From contig JARVGK010000012.1 of NCBI GenBank assembly GCA_029762535.1, positions 1 to 64,000 of the forward strand: a stretch of DNA of 64,000 bases. The letters are read 5' to 3'. Numbering within the stretch: the stretch's first letter is position 1; each line of letters opens with the position of its first letter. This DNA is from Thermoplasmatota archaeon. Its GTDB lineage: Archaea > Thermoplasmatota > Penumbrarchaeia > Penumbrarchaeales > Penumbrarchaeaceae. The notes under the pieces are model-generated. The model searched no databases. It was not told where the DNA came from and was given only the letters and a program-made list of their open reading frames with translations. The translations under genes and the position numbers were made by a program. Below are positions 1-8,523 of this stretch, piece by piece.

Positions 1-589
1 ACATCCGGTATTCGCTCGTCGGCTGTGTCTCGATCGTTAGAGGATCGGTAGCGTTGGGGACCATGACGATGTACGAGCCGTCCGGTCCGGTCGTCGTTCC
101 CTGATCGAAATAGGTCCTGTAAACGCTGTGGCCTTTAACGTTGACCTGTATCCCTGAAAGAACAATGCCGGTGAGGCGGTCCTTCACCGTTCCCCGAACG
201 GTATTGATGTTCGAGAGGGCGTTGCCCGATCTCAAATTGACCGATATCCTGTCATCAGGTCCCGCCTCGAACTCCTGATAATCGTGAGCTACGGAGTCGA
301 TCAGCAATCTCACGCTGCAAAGCCCCCAGTTGGAGGCGGTTATGGTGATGTCCACCATCCCCGAGGCGTTGGTCGAGAACATGGGTGAACTGTGGTAGCT
401 CCTGACGTTCTTGAACTGGATCTTGGCGTTCTCCACGGCCGCACCTTCGTGGTCCGTGACGGTTATGGTCGCTACAGCATCATGGTAGGAGATTATCGGC
501 TCTCCGCGATGGGATCCAGACCCCATCATGCTCATCGACGGTATCACAAGCAGTAGCGCTAACGTGATCATTATCATCCTTTTCATCAT
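1..589 (-). CDS. N-terminal part of exported carboxypeptidase-regulatory-like/Ig-domain surface protein (runs off left edge); paralog of 679..4614 and 39648..43607
   Basis: Not in the ORF track; hand translation from ATG at 589 gives MMKRMIMITLALLLVIP..., a signal peptide, then YHDAVATITVTD...INTVRGTVKDRLTG...TTTGPDGSY, matching YHNATVYVNVT...INNINGRITDKSTG...TTTGADGRY of the next gene. Open to the window edge. Confidence 0.8.
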   Translation of the reverse strand, partial: MMKRMIMITLALLLVIPSMSMMGSGSHRGEPIISYHDAVATITVTDHEGAAVENAKIQFKNVRSYHSSPMFSTNASGMVDITITASNWGLCSVRLLIDSVAHDYQEFEAGPDDRISVNLRSGNALSNINTVRGTVKDRLTGIVLSGIQVNVKGHSVYRTYFDQGTTTGPDGSYIVMVPNATDPLTIETQPTSEYRM

Positions 590-632
590 ATCATGACCCC
601 ACATGGTTCGTACTTCTATCGATTATACTGCT

Positions 633-643
633 CATATATAAAT
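633..643 (-). promoter_or_regulatory. TATA-box-like element upstream of the 1..589 gene
   Basis: Minus strand reads TTTATATATG about 45-55 nt upstream of the ATG in a short AT-rich intergenic gap. Confidence 0.45.
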
Positions 644-678
644 CCAATCTATCGGATGCATGTTCTGGACCTATGGCA

Positions 679-3600
679 TCATTCCTCGGCCTTCATGAGG
701 GAGCGCTTCTTTCCCCTTAACACGAGGATGAGGACGATTATCAACATTAGAAGGAAAACGACCAGCGCGAAGCAGCCGATCCCGCAGTATGCCAGGTAGC
801 TGGGACCTTTTGAGGCGCCCCTTTCCGGAGTCCTGAGGTTCCCGTTGAAGGACTCATACCCCTGCATGGGATCCCCGCCGGACCTGTCGGAGAAATGATA
901 GGAGTATTCCACGTCGTATTCGAAATTGTCACCTGGTATCATAAGTTCGTATCTTCCCGGATCCCCTTCGATGATCTTGAAGGATCCCACACCGGATATG
1001 ACAACGTAGATATCCAGACCGGCTCCGCCCTGGACCGATACGTCCCAATCCTTGTTCTTCAAAACGGTCACAACAGCGGAGGTGATGTGCCACGTACCGG
1101 GCGGAAGAGCGGGTTCCTCCGGGGTTCTGAAGGTCCCGGAAAGGATAGGTGCCAGGTCCTCTCCATCAGAGGCGTTCGAGAAATGATAGGAGTACAGAGC
1201 GTCCCAGGCGAAGTTCGTCCCGGGGATCAGGGCCGAGTAAGAGCCGGGATCCCCCTCGGAGACCGGGAACGACCCGATCCCCTGGATGATGATGTACACA
1301 TCCATAGCTTCTCGGCCAAAGACGTTCACTGAAACGTTCTTATGATCGTTCACCCCCACATACGCCGAGTAGATCTCCCACAGAAGGATACCCTCCCCCG
1401 TCGTGAAGCTCCATGATAGGCCTTCCCCTTGCCACAAGGGATAGCCCTCGACCGATATCACCGTCGGTCCGATGATAACACTATAAGTCGTATTCGGTAG
1501 GAACAGGTCATGGTCGATCCTGACGGTCCTCCCATCTTGGTCATCAATGTATTGTATGGTGGCGTTCTCCAGTTCCGGATCGATGATAATGGCTCCCTGC
1601 AAAGAGGCGATGTTGACGGCGTGGGAGAAACCTATTAATACGGGGGCATCCAACGAGATGCCCGAACCTTTCGGCGAGTAGTTGGTGATGTTCAGGTATT
1701 CCGAGGGAGTTGTGACCATGTACTCGAGCTGCGCCTCCATGCTGGCGGATATCTCCTCGAGGCTTATGTTCACCTCCTGAACCACGTAGCCGGACCTGAC
1801 CCCGTCCACGAACGACAGGTGCTCCGGTGGGGAGACCTTGAGGACGTGATCGCCGAAAGGAATGTTCTCGAGGACCAGATTTCCCTCATCGTCCGTTGTT
1901 CCAGCAGCGAGGAATGCTTCGTCTCCATCGTTGACCTCGACGAGGGCCTGCGGGATCCCGTCCGCGAAGGGTCCGCCGCTGCCGGTCACCTTCAGAGAAA
2001 CGTCCCCAGTTGACCTGTTCGAGAGGACGATGCTTAGATCCTTCTCTTCCCATCCGTCGACCGTGAAAGGATCGGAAACGTAGCGATCATAGATGTCGGA
2101 CCTGGCCACGACGATCCTGTATGTCCCGGCAGGTGCCATGAACTGCACCCCGCCATCGGAGTCCGTCTCCTGTATTCCGAACTCGACGTGATCGGATCCC
2201 TCCTGTAGCTCGAGCGTGACCATGGCGCCTGCCACGGACATTCCGAGGAGATCCCCGACATGCACACTTATGAGCGATCTCGGAACGAGATAGAGCATCA
2301 GGTCATCGACGTCGGTCAGGACCTCGATCCCGATGGAATCGTAAAGCGTATCGTTGCCGTAATGGATGGTGAAGTTGCCCGGATAGAGGTGAAGGGCGAA
2401 CTCTCCGTTCTCACCAGTCGTGTTCCATGCGATCTCGAAATCCGGATGCTCGTCGTCAACGACATAAACGTATCCCTCAACGGGATCCGAGTCCTCGTCA
2501 AGGAGGGTTCCGTTCACCCAAAGGCTGAACTCCGGGACGGGCATCAGATATATGTCGTGATCGATAGCTCTCGTCCCCCTCATCTCGAAGCGCTCGTTGA
2601 CCGGGAAATAGCCCTCCTTGTATGCGTGCAGGAACGTGGTGTCCTTCCCCCATACGCGGTAGAAGCCCTCATGTGAGGAGCGAACGTTCATCTGATGGAT
2701 AGGGGCCGCCCTCACGTCGTAGCTCATCATGTTCCCGTCGTATGCCTCCAGCAATCTTACGGAGTAGGTCTCGATGTTGACGTTCTTCAGATCCTCTCCG
2801 GTCCTGGCGTCGAGAACGCTCCCGTGAATTGGCTCGAGCGGACCGGTCCTGTATGCTGTTATATCGGGAAGCGATCCGCCGGTCCCATCGAGGTCGAAAC
2901 TGGTCAGGGGTATGCTCCAGCGACCCCGCTCGTAATACGTGCCCTGATATGTGAACAGTTCAACGGGGCCGATCCCCTGATGGAACCTCAGGATCCCGTC
3001 CTGGTCCGTCATCAGAGTGTTCCACGTCTCCGGGTCCGAGGTCCATATATAGAACGTCGAGAAGGGCACGGGATCCCCTTTTCCATCGACGATCCTGACG
3101 CTGTAGGTATTCTTCACCTCCGGCGGCCAGCCGAGATCGTATCTGGTCAGGGGGATCTCGAGGTCGGGGTTGAGGCCTTCCTTTATAGTGACATTTTCGA
3201 GTACCGCGCTTCCAAGCGAACCTATCACTTCGATGAACCTGTACGTGCCCGCAGGGACCTCGCCGGTGAAGACGCCTGTGGTGTTCGTCTGCTTGTAGAA
3301 ATATATCCATCGTCCTTCATCGGACTCTCCATCCCCGGAGATATATGCAGGAACGGAGAATCCTGTCTCCGGGTCTATCGGCGTCATCGTTATGGACCCG
3401 ACCTTATGTGGTATCGCCTCCGCCTTTTTCAGGGTCACGTTGAGCGTTTGGGTCTCCGGATCGACCTTGATGTACCTTGCTTCATATCCGAACTTATTGA
3501 AATCGATCTCCACCTGAGCATCGGTGGGGATCCCAACCTGCGCCTTGCCTCCTGCGTCCGTGCTGGTACTGCCGCGCACGTGATCTCCATCGATATAGTG

Positions 3601-4614
3601 TATATACGAGACATAGACGTCCTGCAACGGGGATGTGTCGTTCCATACCTCCACTTTCAATAACGAGAGATCGGGAATGCCCACTGGTATCTCGATGTTC
3701 GTGGGGACCGTCGATGGGAATATAGAGGATTCGAAGCGGATGGTGCAGTTGTTTCCCATCGGGTAGGACCTCTGAAGGATGTATTCCCCCGGACCGAGAC
3801 CGACGTCGAAAGCGCCGGTTACGTCCGGTTCGAACGAATACCAGTAACTGTAGGAGTGGTCGAGCTCCGTTTGGTATCCCCTGATATCCATATAGCCTCC
3901 GAGGAGTAATTCATCGCTCTTTTTGTCCAGGAACGATATCGTTGAGTTCTCGGAAGCTGAGTATTTCGGCGTGAGGTCAAGGTCGAGAGTGTAATCCCTC
4001 TGTCCCGATATGAACACCAGGTTCGCCGAGAGCCCGAAATGGTCGCTGTTATGAGCGTATAACGAGAAGGACCTTGAGGAATTAGGGAAATCGATGGCGT
4101 ATCTGCCGTCCGCCCCCGTGGTCGTCGATCTGGAGAAGGAGTTTCCGATCGGGTTCTGGCCGTAAAGGGTGACGGAAGCTGACTGTATCGGAAGGCCGGT
4201 GGACTTGTCGGTTATCCTCCCGTTGATGTTGTTGATATCCGGGTCGGGATCTCGGATAGAGATGTTGGCATAGTATACCCCGTCCGGTTCGATGAAGATA
4301 TGATGATAGTCAAGCAACTTGTAGTGGTTCGTCATTACAAAGAACCTGACGGGGCCCCACATCCCCGGGAGAAGATCGAACTTCACCTCTCCCCCCTCGT
4401 CCGTCGTCAGCGTAAGACCGTTCCCGTTCTTTAGATGTGACGCAGAAACGTACAGGTCCTTGCCAGGCGTCCCGTTCGTATGCGTCACGTTCACGTAAAC
4501 GGTGGCATTGTGGTAAATGGTCATCAGCCGGGTCGGATCCGATGATGCGACGATCCCGGTAAAAATGCTCATGATAAAGAGCGCGCTCAGCAGAAAGGCT
4601 CCAGTTCTCCTCAT
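679..4614 (-). CDS. Large membrane-anchored surface protein: carboxypeptidase-regulatory-like beta-sandwich repeats, Big_5-like Ig domain, two tandem C-terminal repeats, TM anchor
   Basis: 1311 aa; signal peptide; repeated GxVxD..G.P.../TDxxG motifs; ITNYSP...IGFS...PNTTYSV...WSFTTG Ig-like block; hydrophobic C-terminal helix followed by RGKKR...EE. Confidence 0.85.
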   Translation of the reverse strand: MRRTGAFLLSALFIMSIFTGIVASSDPTRLMTIYHNATVYVNVTHTNGTPGKDLYVSASHLKNGNGLTLTTDEGGEVKFDLLPGMWGPVRFFVMTNHYKLLDYHHIFIEPDGVYYANISIRDPDPDINNINGRITDKSTGLPIQSASVTLYGQNPIGNSFSRSTTTGADGRYAIDFPNSSRSFSLYAHNSDHFGLSANLVFISGQRDYTLDLDLTPKYSASENSTISFLDKKSDELLLGGYMDIRGYQTELDHSYSYWYSFEPDVTGAFDVGLGPGEYILQRSYPMGNNCTIRFESSIFPSTVPTNIEIPVGIPDLSLLKVEVWNDTSPLQDVYVSYIHYIDGDHVRGSTSTDAGGKAQVGIPTDAQVEIDFNKFGYEARYIKVDPETQTLNVTLKKAEAIPHKVGSITMTPIDPETGFSVPAYISGDGESDEGRWIYFYKQTNTTGVFTGEVPAGTYRFIEVIGSLGSAVLENVTIKEGLNPDLEIPLTRYDLGWPPEVKNTYSVRIVDGKGDPVPFSTFYIWTSDPETWNTLMTDQDGILRFHQGIGPVELFTYQGTYYERGRWSIPLTSFDLDGTGGSLPDITAYRTGPLEPIHGSVLDARTGEDLKNVNIETYSVRLLEAYDGNMMSYDVRAAPIHQMNVRSSHEGFYRVWGKDTTFLHAYKEGYFPVNERFEMRGTRAIDHDIYLMPVPEFSLWVNGTLLDEDSDPVEGYVYVVDDEHPDFEIAWNTTGENGEFALHLYPGNFTIHYGNDTLYDSIGIEVLTDVDDLMLYLVPRSLISVHVGDLLGMSVAGAMVTLELQEGSDHVEFGIQETDSDGGVQFMAPAGTYRIVVARSDIYDRYVSDPFTVDGWEEKDLSIVLSNRSTGDVSLKVTGSGGPFADGIPQALVEVNDGDEAFLAAGTTDDEGNLVLENIPFGDHVLKVSPPEHLSFVDGVRSGYVVQEVNISLEEISASMEAQLEYMVTTPSEYLNITNYSPKGSGISLDAPVLIGFSHAVNIASLQGAIIIDPELENATIQYIDDQDGRTVRIDHDLFLPNTTYSVIIGPTVISVEGYPLWQGEGLSWSFTTGEGILLWEIYSAYVGVNDHKNVSVNVFGREAMDVYIIIQGIGSFPVSEGDPGSYSALIPGTNFAWDALYSYHFSNASDGEDLAPILSGTFRTPEEPALPPGTWHITSAVVTVLKNKDWDVSVQGGAGLDIYVVISGVGSFKIIEGDPGRYELMIPGDNFEYDVEYSYHFSDRSGGDPMQGYESFNGNLRTPERGASKGPSYLAYCGIGCFALVVFLLMLIIVLILVLRGKKRSLMKAEE

Positions 4615-4693
4615 TATACTACCCCATCCGATAGGACAGTGTAACCTTGGAAGATGTATATCAAATTTTAGAGTAAAATCAAGGCCTGTTCCA

Positions 4694-5206
4694 TCATGCC
4701 TTCTTCCAGGGGCAGTCCCTGGACTGGGGGCATGTACTGCATCCTTTGTGCCTCGCTGAAATAGGCAGCCAGACGAAGGCGACGAGAATGAATACTACCA
4801 TGGCAAGGACCAGTGGCAGGTCCAGCGGGGGATATCTAAAATCGAGGCATGCGATCCCCGCCCCGAGCGGTAGGAACCATTGTATCGCCACGGACCAGAT
4901 ATGTTTCTTAAAGGCCGTTTTGAAGGGTATGTCCCTCCTTCTGTCGAACATCCTTGCCGAGAGTATTCCATAACCGCTCGGGCAGCCCATCGAACCGTAT
5001 CCGAAGCATCTGGTGCATATGTTGTAGAGAAAGTACAGCATGGAGGATGCGGCGACCAGCGCGTAAACCGGAGCGAGAAGGATGTGACACATCCCGAATA
5101 TGACCACGCCCAGGACCAACGTGATCATGTGCGGTATGGAATGGACCAGCCTACCGGACGCTCCTATCGCCATTTTTCGATCGGCACGACCGTCCGAGGC
5201 CATCAT
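4694..5206 (-). CDS. Cys-rich multi-pass membrane protein of unknown function
   Basis: Likely start ATG 5206 overlapping the upstream TGA (ATGA coupling); about 4 hydrophobic segments; CTRC, GCP and CSTCPQSRDC motifs. Confidence 0.7.
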   Translation of the reverse strand: MMASDGRADRKMAIGASGRLVHSIPHMITLVLGVVIFGMCHILLAPVYALVAASSMLYFLYNICTRCFGYGSMGCPSGYGILSARMFDRRRDIPFKTAFKKHIWSVAIQWFLPLGAGIACLDFRYPPLDLPLVLAMVVFILVAFVWLPISARHKGCSTCPQSRDCPWKKA

Positions 5207-8200
5207 TCCTCCCCTTTTGCGCAGCTGGGGCATCTGTAGGCGTCGAAGTCCTGATCGCGCTCCATGACGGAACCGCACTCGGGGCATATGTTATCCTCGA
5301 CGTCCTCTTTCGCCCTTTTTGAGAACAGCAGGAACGAGACCGCAAGCACCACGATAACCATCAATACGGCGAGGCCCAGGAGGAGCGCTATGAGGTAAGG
5401 GAACCCCTTTTCCGGAGGATCCTCCGGCTCTGGACCGAGGGGATCGTCCACGGGTGCCCTCGGGATCGGCCCCGTAGTATAGGTCACGCTGCCATCGTCC
5501 CTCACCCACACCTGGAATGGGGAAATGACTTCCTCTCCTTCGATGGAGGCGGAAACCGTGTAGTTCCCGGGAGGGACCCCCTGGGAGAACAGCACGTTCC
5601 CGGAGGCGTCCGTGATCGCCGAGAAGGAAAGGGAGCCAGACGTCAACGTGACCCTCGCCCCCTGCATGGGTACGCCGTCCTCGTAGAGGAACGGACCGAT
5701 GGCAGGGGTCACGTTCTCGGGTTCCTCGGGGGGAGGGTCCGGTAAAGCCATGACGGTCACGTTCACCATATCGGGAGGGCTTGATGCCCCCTCGTCGTCC
5801 ACCACGACCAGGGTGAAGGAGTAGGGTCCGGGCGATGCAGGGGTGAAGTAGGGATGGGCGCCATCGCTATCATATATTTCCACTTCATGGGTCGTGCAGT
5901 TCCAGATGTAGAAGTCTATCGCCCCGTCCGGATCGAAGCTCGCGGATCCGTCCAGAAGAACGGTCTCCGAAACGTTCACGGTCATGTCCCGCCCGGCGTT
6001 GGCGACGGGAGGCTCGTTCACGTGAACCGCGAGTATCGTCACGCGCACTGTATCGTTCTTCGACCAGGCGGAGAGATTGTCCATGACCCTCAGGGAGAAT
6101 AAATAGATGTCAGGGTCTTCGAGGACGATCGATGGGGAGGAAGTGTTGGCGTTCGTCAGGACCATGTCCTGATGGCTTATGCAACTCCAGTCCCATGTGA
6201 CGATGTGTCCGTCCAGGTCGTAGCTGCCGCTGCCATCCAACTCCACCATGTCTCCCTCGTAATGGACGGAATCGTAGCCTGCATCCGCGGTGGGAGGCAG
6301 GTTCTCGCCAGGTCTTACGACGGTGACATGCACCTCGGAGGGTTCACTGAGAGTGAGGTTGTCGTCCATCACGATGAGCGAGAAGCCGTAGGTCCCCGCC
6401 TCCAGTGGTATGAAGCTCGGCGTGGCGGTGGTCCTGTTGAACATCTCGATATCATGCGTATCACACGTCCAGTTGAACTCTATTATGGTCCCGTCCGGGT
6501 CGTAGCTCCCGGTCCCGTTCAGGGTGATGGTGGTGTTCAACACCCCTGCAAAGGATTTTCCCGCACGAGCGACGGGGGGTTCGTTGGGTTTAATCACCTG
6601 GATGGATACCTCATCGGTGGTATTGGACCATTTCCCGAAGCTGTCCTTCACGGAAAGGGTTAGGATGTATTCTCCCGGCACATCCGGAACGAAGTAAGGG
6701 GTGCTCACTTTGTCAGAAGGGGACAGGCTCCCGTCCCTGATGAGGGATCCCGGCGGATACGAGGTCACGTTCCAGTCGAAAAGGACGTCGTGCCCGTCCG
6801 GGTCGTAGCTCCCGGTCCCGTTCAGGTGAACGGTATGTCCCAGCATCACGCTGGTGTCGTTCCCGGCATCCGGCACGGGGGCGGTGTTGGTCCCCGAGAC
6901 GGTTATCGTCGCCTCGTCGCCTTTGTTGGACCATTTGTCTTTGCCGTCCCTAACCGCAAGCGTGATATTGAATATCCCTTCCGCATCCAGGGTAAGTTTG
7001 ACGCTGGCGTTCTGGTCATTGGGGGAAAAGGATGCGTCGTCCAGAGCGGATGCGCCGGGTTTTCGCGTCAGGTTCCAGTTGTAGCTCAGCAGGGTCCCGG
7101 TCGGATCCCCGGAGGGCGCATCCTCGGGGTCCGATGAAGTGGTCCCCGAAAGGTAGATCGGGGATCCAAGCACGGCACTGCCTCCTCCCGATATCCTTGG
7201 CTTCGGTGGCTCGTTCGCGGTGTCGATGATGGTGAAGTTGGATCGGTACACCTTGACCCCGGATCCCCACGTCGACCCGGCGATGTCCAGCACACCGTCG
7301 TTGTCGAAGTCCAGGAAGGCCGCCCCGACGTACGTCCCGGTCGTTGGCAGTCCCTTGTCAGTGACCTGGGTGAAACGGAAATTGGTACCCTGGGCGACGG
7401 TTCCATTGCCCAGAAACAGATGGAGTCCCCTGCTCTGTTTCGGGGCCAGTAGGTCCAGGTCGCCGTCGCCGTCGATGTCCTTGAAGGTTATCTGGAAAAA
7501 ACGGCTGGAGCCGAGCGCGCTCGGCAGGTTGGAGGACACATCGGTCCACGTGAAGGAAGTTCCCGTAGTGCCGCCGCCGTTGCCCAGCAGCAGTTTCAAT
7601 CCTCCGTTCGATCGCGAGAATAGAATGTCCACATTGCCGTCGTTGTCCACGTCACCCAGGACGACACTGTCCACGTTCCCGCTCTGATAGGTGCTCGGAA
7701 GGCTCGATGACCTGTCCGTCCATCCGTTGCCCGCAGCGTTCTGTGTATAGATCTTTAGCCCCGCACTGCTGTAGCTGCCGGCGGCAAGGTCGGGCAGCCC
7801 GTCGTTGTTGATATCGGCGATATCTATACCGGTGTACTCGCCGGTCGTCGGCAGGCCGTTGGAGTTCGCCGTCCATGTTATGGGGGAGGATCCCGATCCA
7901 TAATAGACCTTGATCCCCTTCGTGTCCCGGTTCGAGTGCGTGAAGGCGATGTCCAGTCCGGGGCCCTTGGTGAAGTTCAGCACCTTGAGGTCGTTGACGT
8001 TTCCGCTGGTGTAAGGCGAGGTTATTCCCGTCGTGGACCACGATCCGGAGGAATACTCCCAAGCGCCGACGCCCCTGATCGTCCCGGAGTAGGATCCCCA
8101 TCCCTCATTGCCAGCATACAGTTCTATCTTTCCGTCCCCGTCCGCATCGGCAAAGGCCACGCCGCCCCAGGAATCGGAGGTGGGAAGGCCAGTGGAGGCT

Positions 8201-8478
8201 GACTGCCATGTCCCGTTCCCGAACCCTCTGTAAACGTAGAGTCCCTGGGTGTTGGCGGAGCCGTAATCGTCCCCCCCGAAGGCCATATCCTCATTACCGT
8301 CACCGTCCGCGTCAGCATGGGCGATGGCATTGTAATCCCCGGATGTGGGCAGGTTCTTCATATGACCCGTCTCGAAGCTGTTGATGGTGACGGTCCTGTC
8401 CCCCAGGACCTGTGTGAGAGGAAGGAAAAGGGCGATCGTCATCAAAGATATCACGGCGATCCGTTTCATTCTATACAA
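5203..8478 (-). CDS. FG-GAP/VCBS beta-propeller + multiple PKD domains, TM anchor and cytoplasmic zinc ribbon
   Basis: Repeated DxDGDGxxD motifs; repeated NxPPxAxAG...LDGSxSYDPDG...W PKD units; TM near the C-terminus; CPECG...CPSC tail. Confidence 0.88.
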   Translation of the reverse strand: MYRMKRIAVISLMTIALFLPLTQVLGDRTVTINSFETGHMKNLPTSGDYNAIAHADADGDGNEDMAFGGDDYGSANTQGLYVYRGFGNGTWQSASTGLPTSDSWGGVAFADADGDGKIELYAGNEGWGSYSGTIRGVGAWEYSSGSWSTTGITSPYTSGNVNDLKVLNFTKGPGLDIAFTHSNRDTKGIKVYYGSGSSPITWTANSNGLPTTGEYTGIDIADINNDGLPDLAAGSYSSAGLKIYTQNAAGNGWTDRSSSLPSTYQSGNVDSVVLGDVDNDGNVDILFSRSNGGLKLLLGNGGGTTGTSFTWTDVSSNLPSALGSSRFFQITFKDIDGDGDLDLLAPKQSRGLHLFLGNGTVAQGTNFRFTQVTDKGLPTTGTYVGAAFLDFDNDGVLDIAGSTWGSGVKVYRSNFTIIDTANEPPKPRISGGGSAVLGSPIYLSGTTSSDPEDAPSGDPTGTLLSYNWNLTRKPGASALDDASFSPNDQNASVKLTLDAEGIFNITLAVRDGKDKWSNKGDEATITVSGTNTAPVPDAGNDTSVMLGHTVHLNGTGSYDPDGHDVLFDWNVTSYPPGSLIRDGSLSPSDKVSTPYFVPDVPGEYILTLSVKDSFGKWSNTTDEVSIQVIKPNEPPVARAGKSFAGVLNTTITLNGTGSYDPDGTIIEFNWTCDTHDIEMFNRTTATPSFIPLEAGTYGFSLIVMDDNLTLSEPSEVHVTVVRPGENLPPTADAGYDSVHYEGDMVELDGSGSYDLDGHIVTWDWSCISHQDMVLTNANTSSPSIVLEDPDIYLFSLRVMDNLSAWSKNDTVRVTILAVHVNEPPVANAGRDMTVNVSETVLLDGSASFDPDGAIDFYIWNCTTHEVEIYDSDGAHPYFTPASPGPYSFTLVVVDDEGASSPPDMVNVTVMALPDPPPEEPENVTPAIGPFLYEDGVPMQGARVTLTSGSLSFSAITDASGNVLFSQGVPPGNYTVSASIEGEEVISPFQVWVRDDGSVTYTTGPIPRAPVDDPLGPEPEDPPEKGFPYLIALLLGLAVLMVIVVLAVSFLLFSKRAKEDVEDNICPECGSVMERDQDFDAYRCPSCAKGEE

Positions 8479-8523
8479 CCTCCGGTAGGAGAGCTGTGAT
8501 GAGAGACGGTATTAGATAATCTT

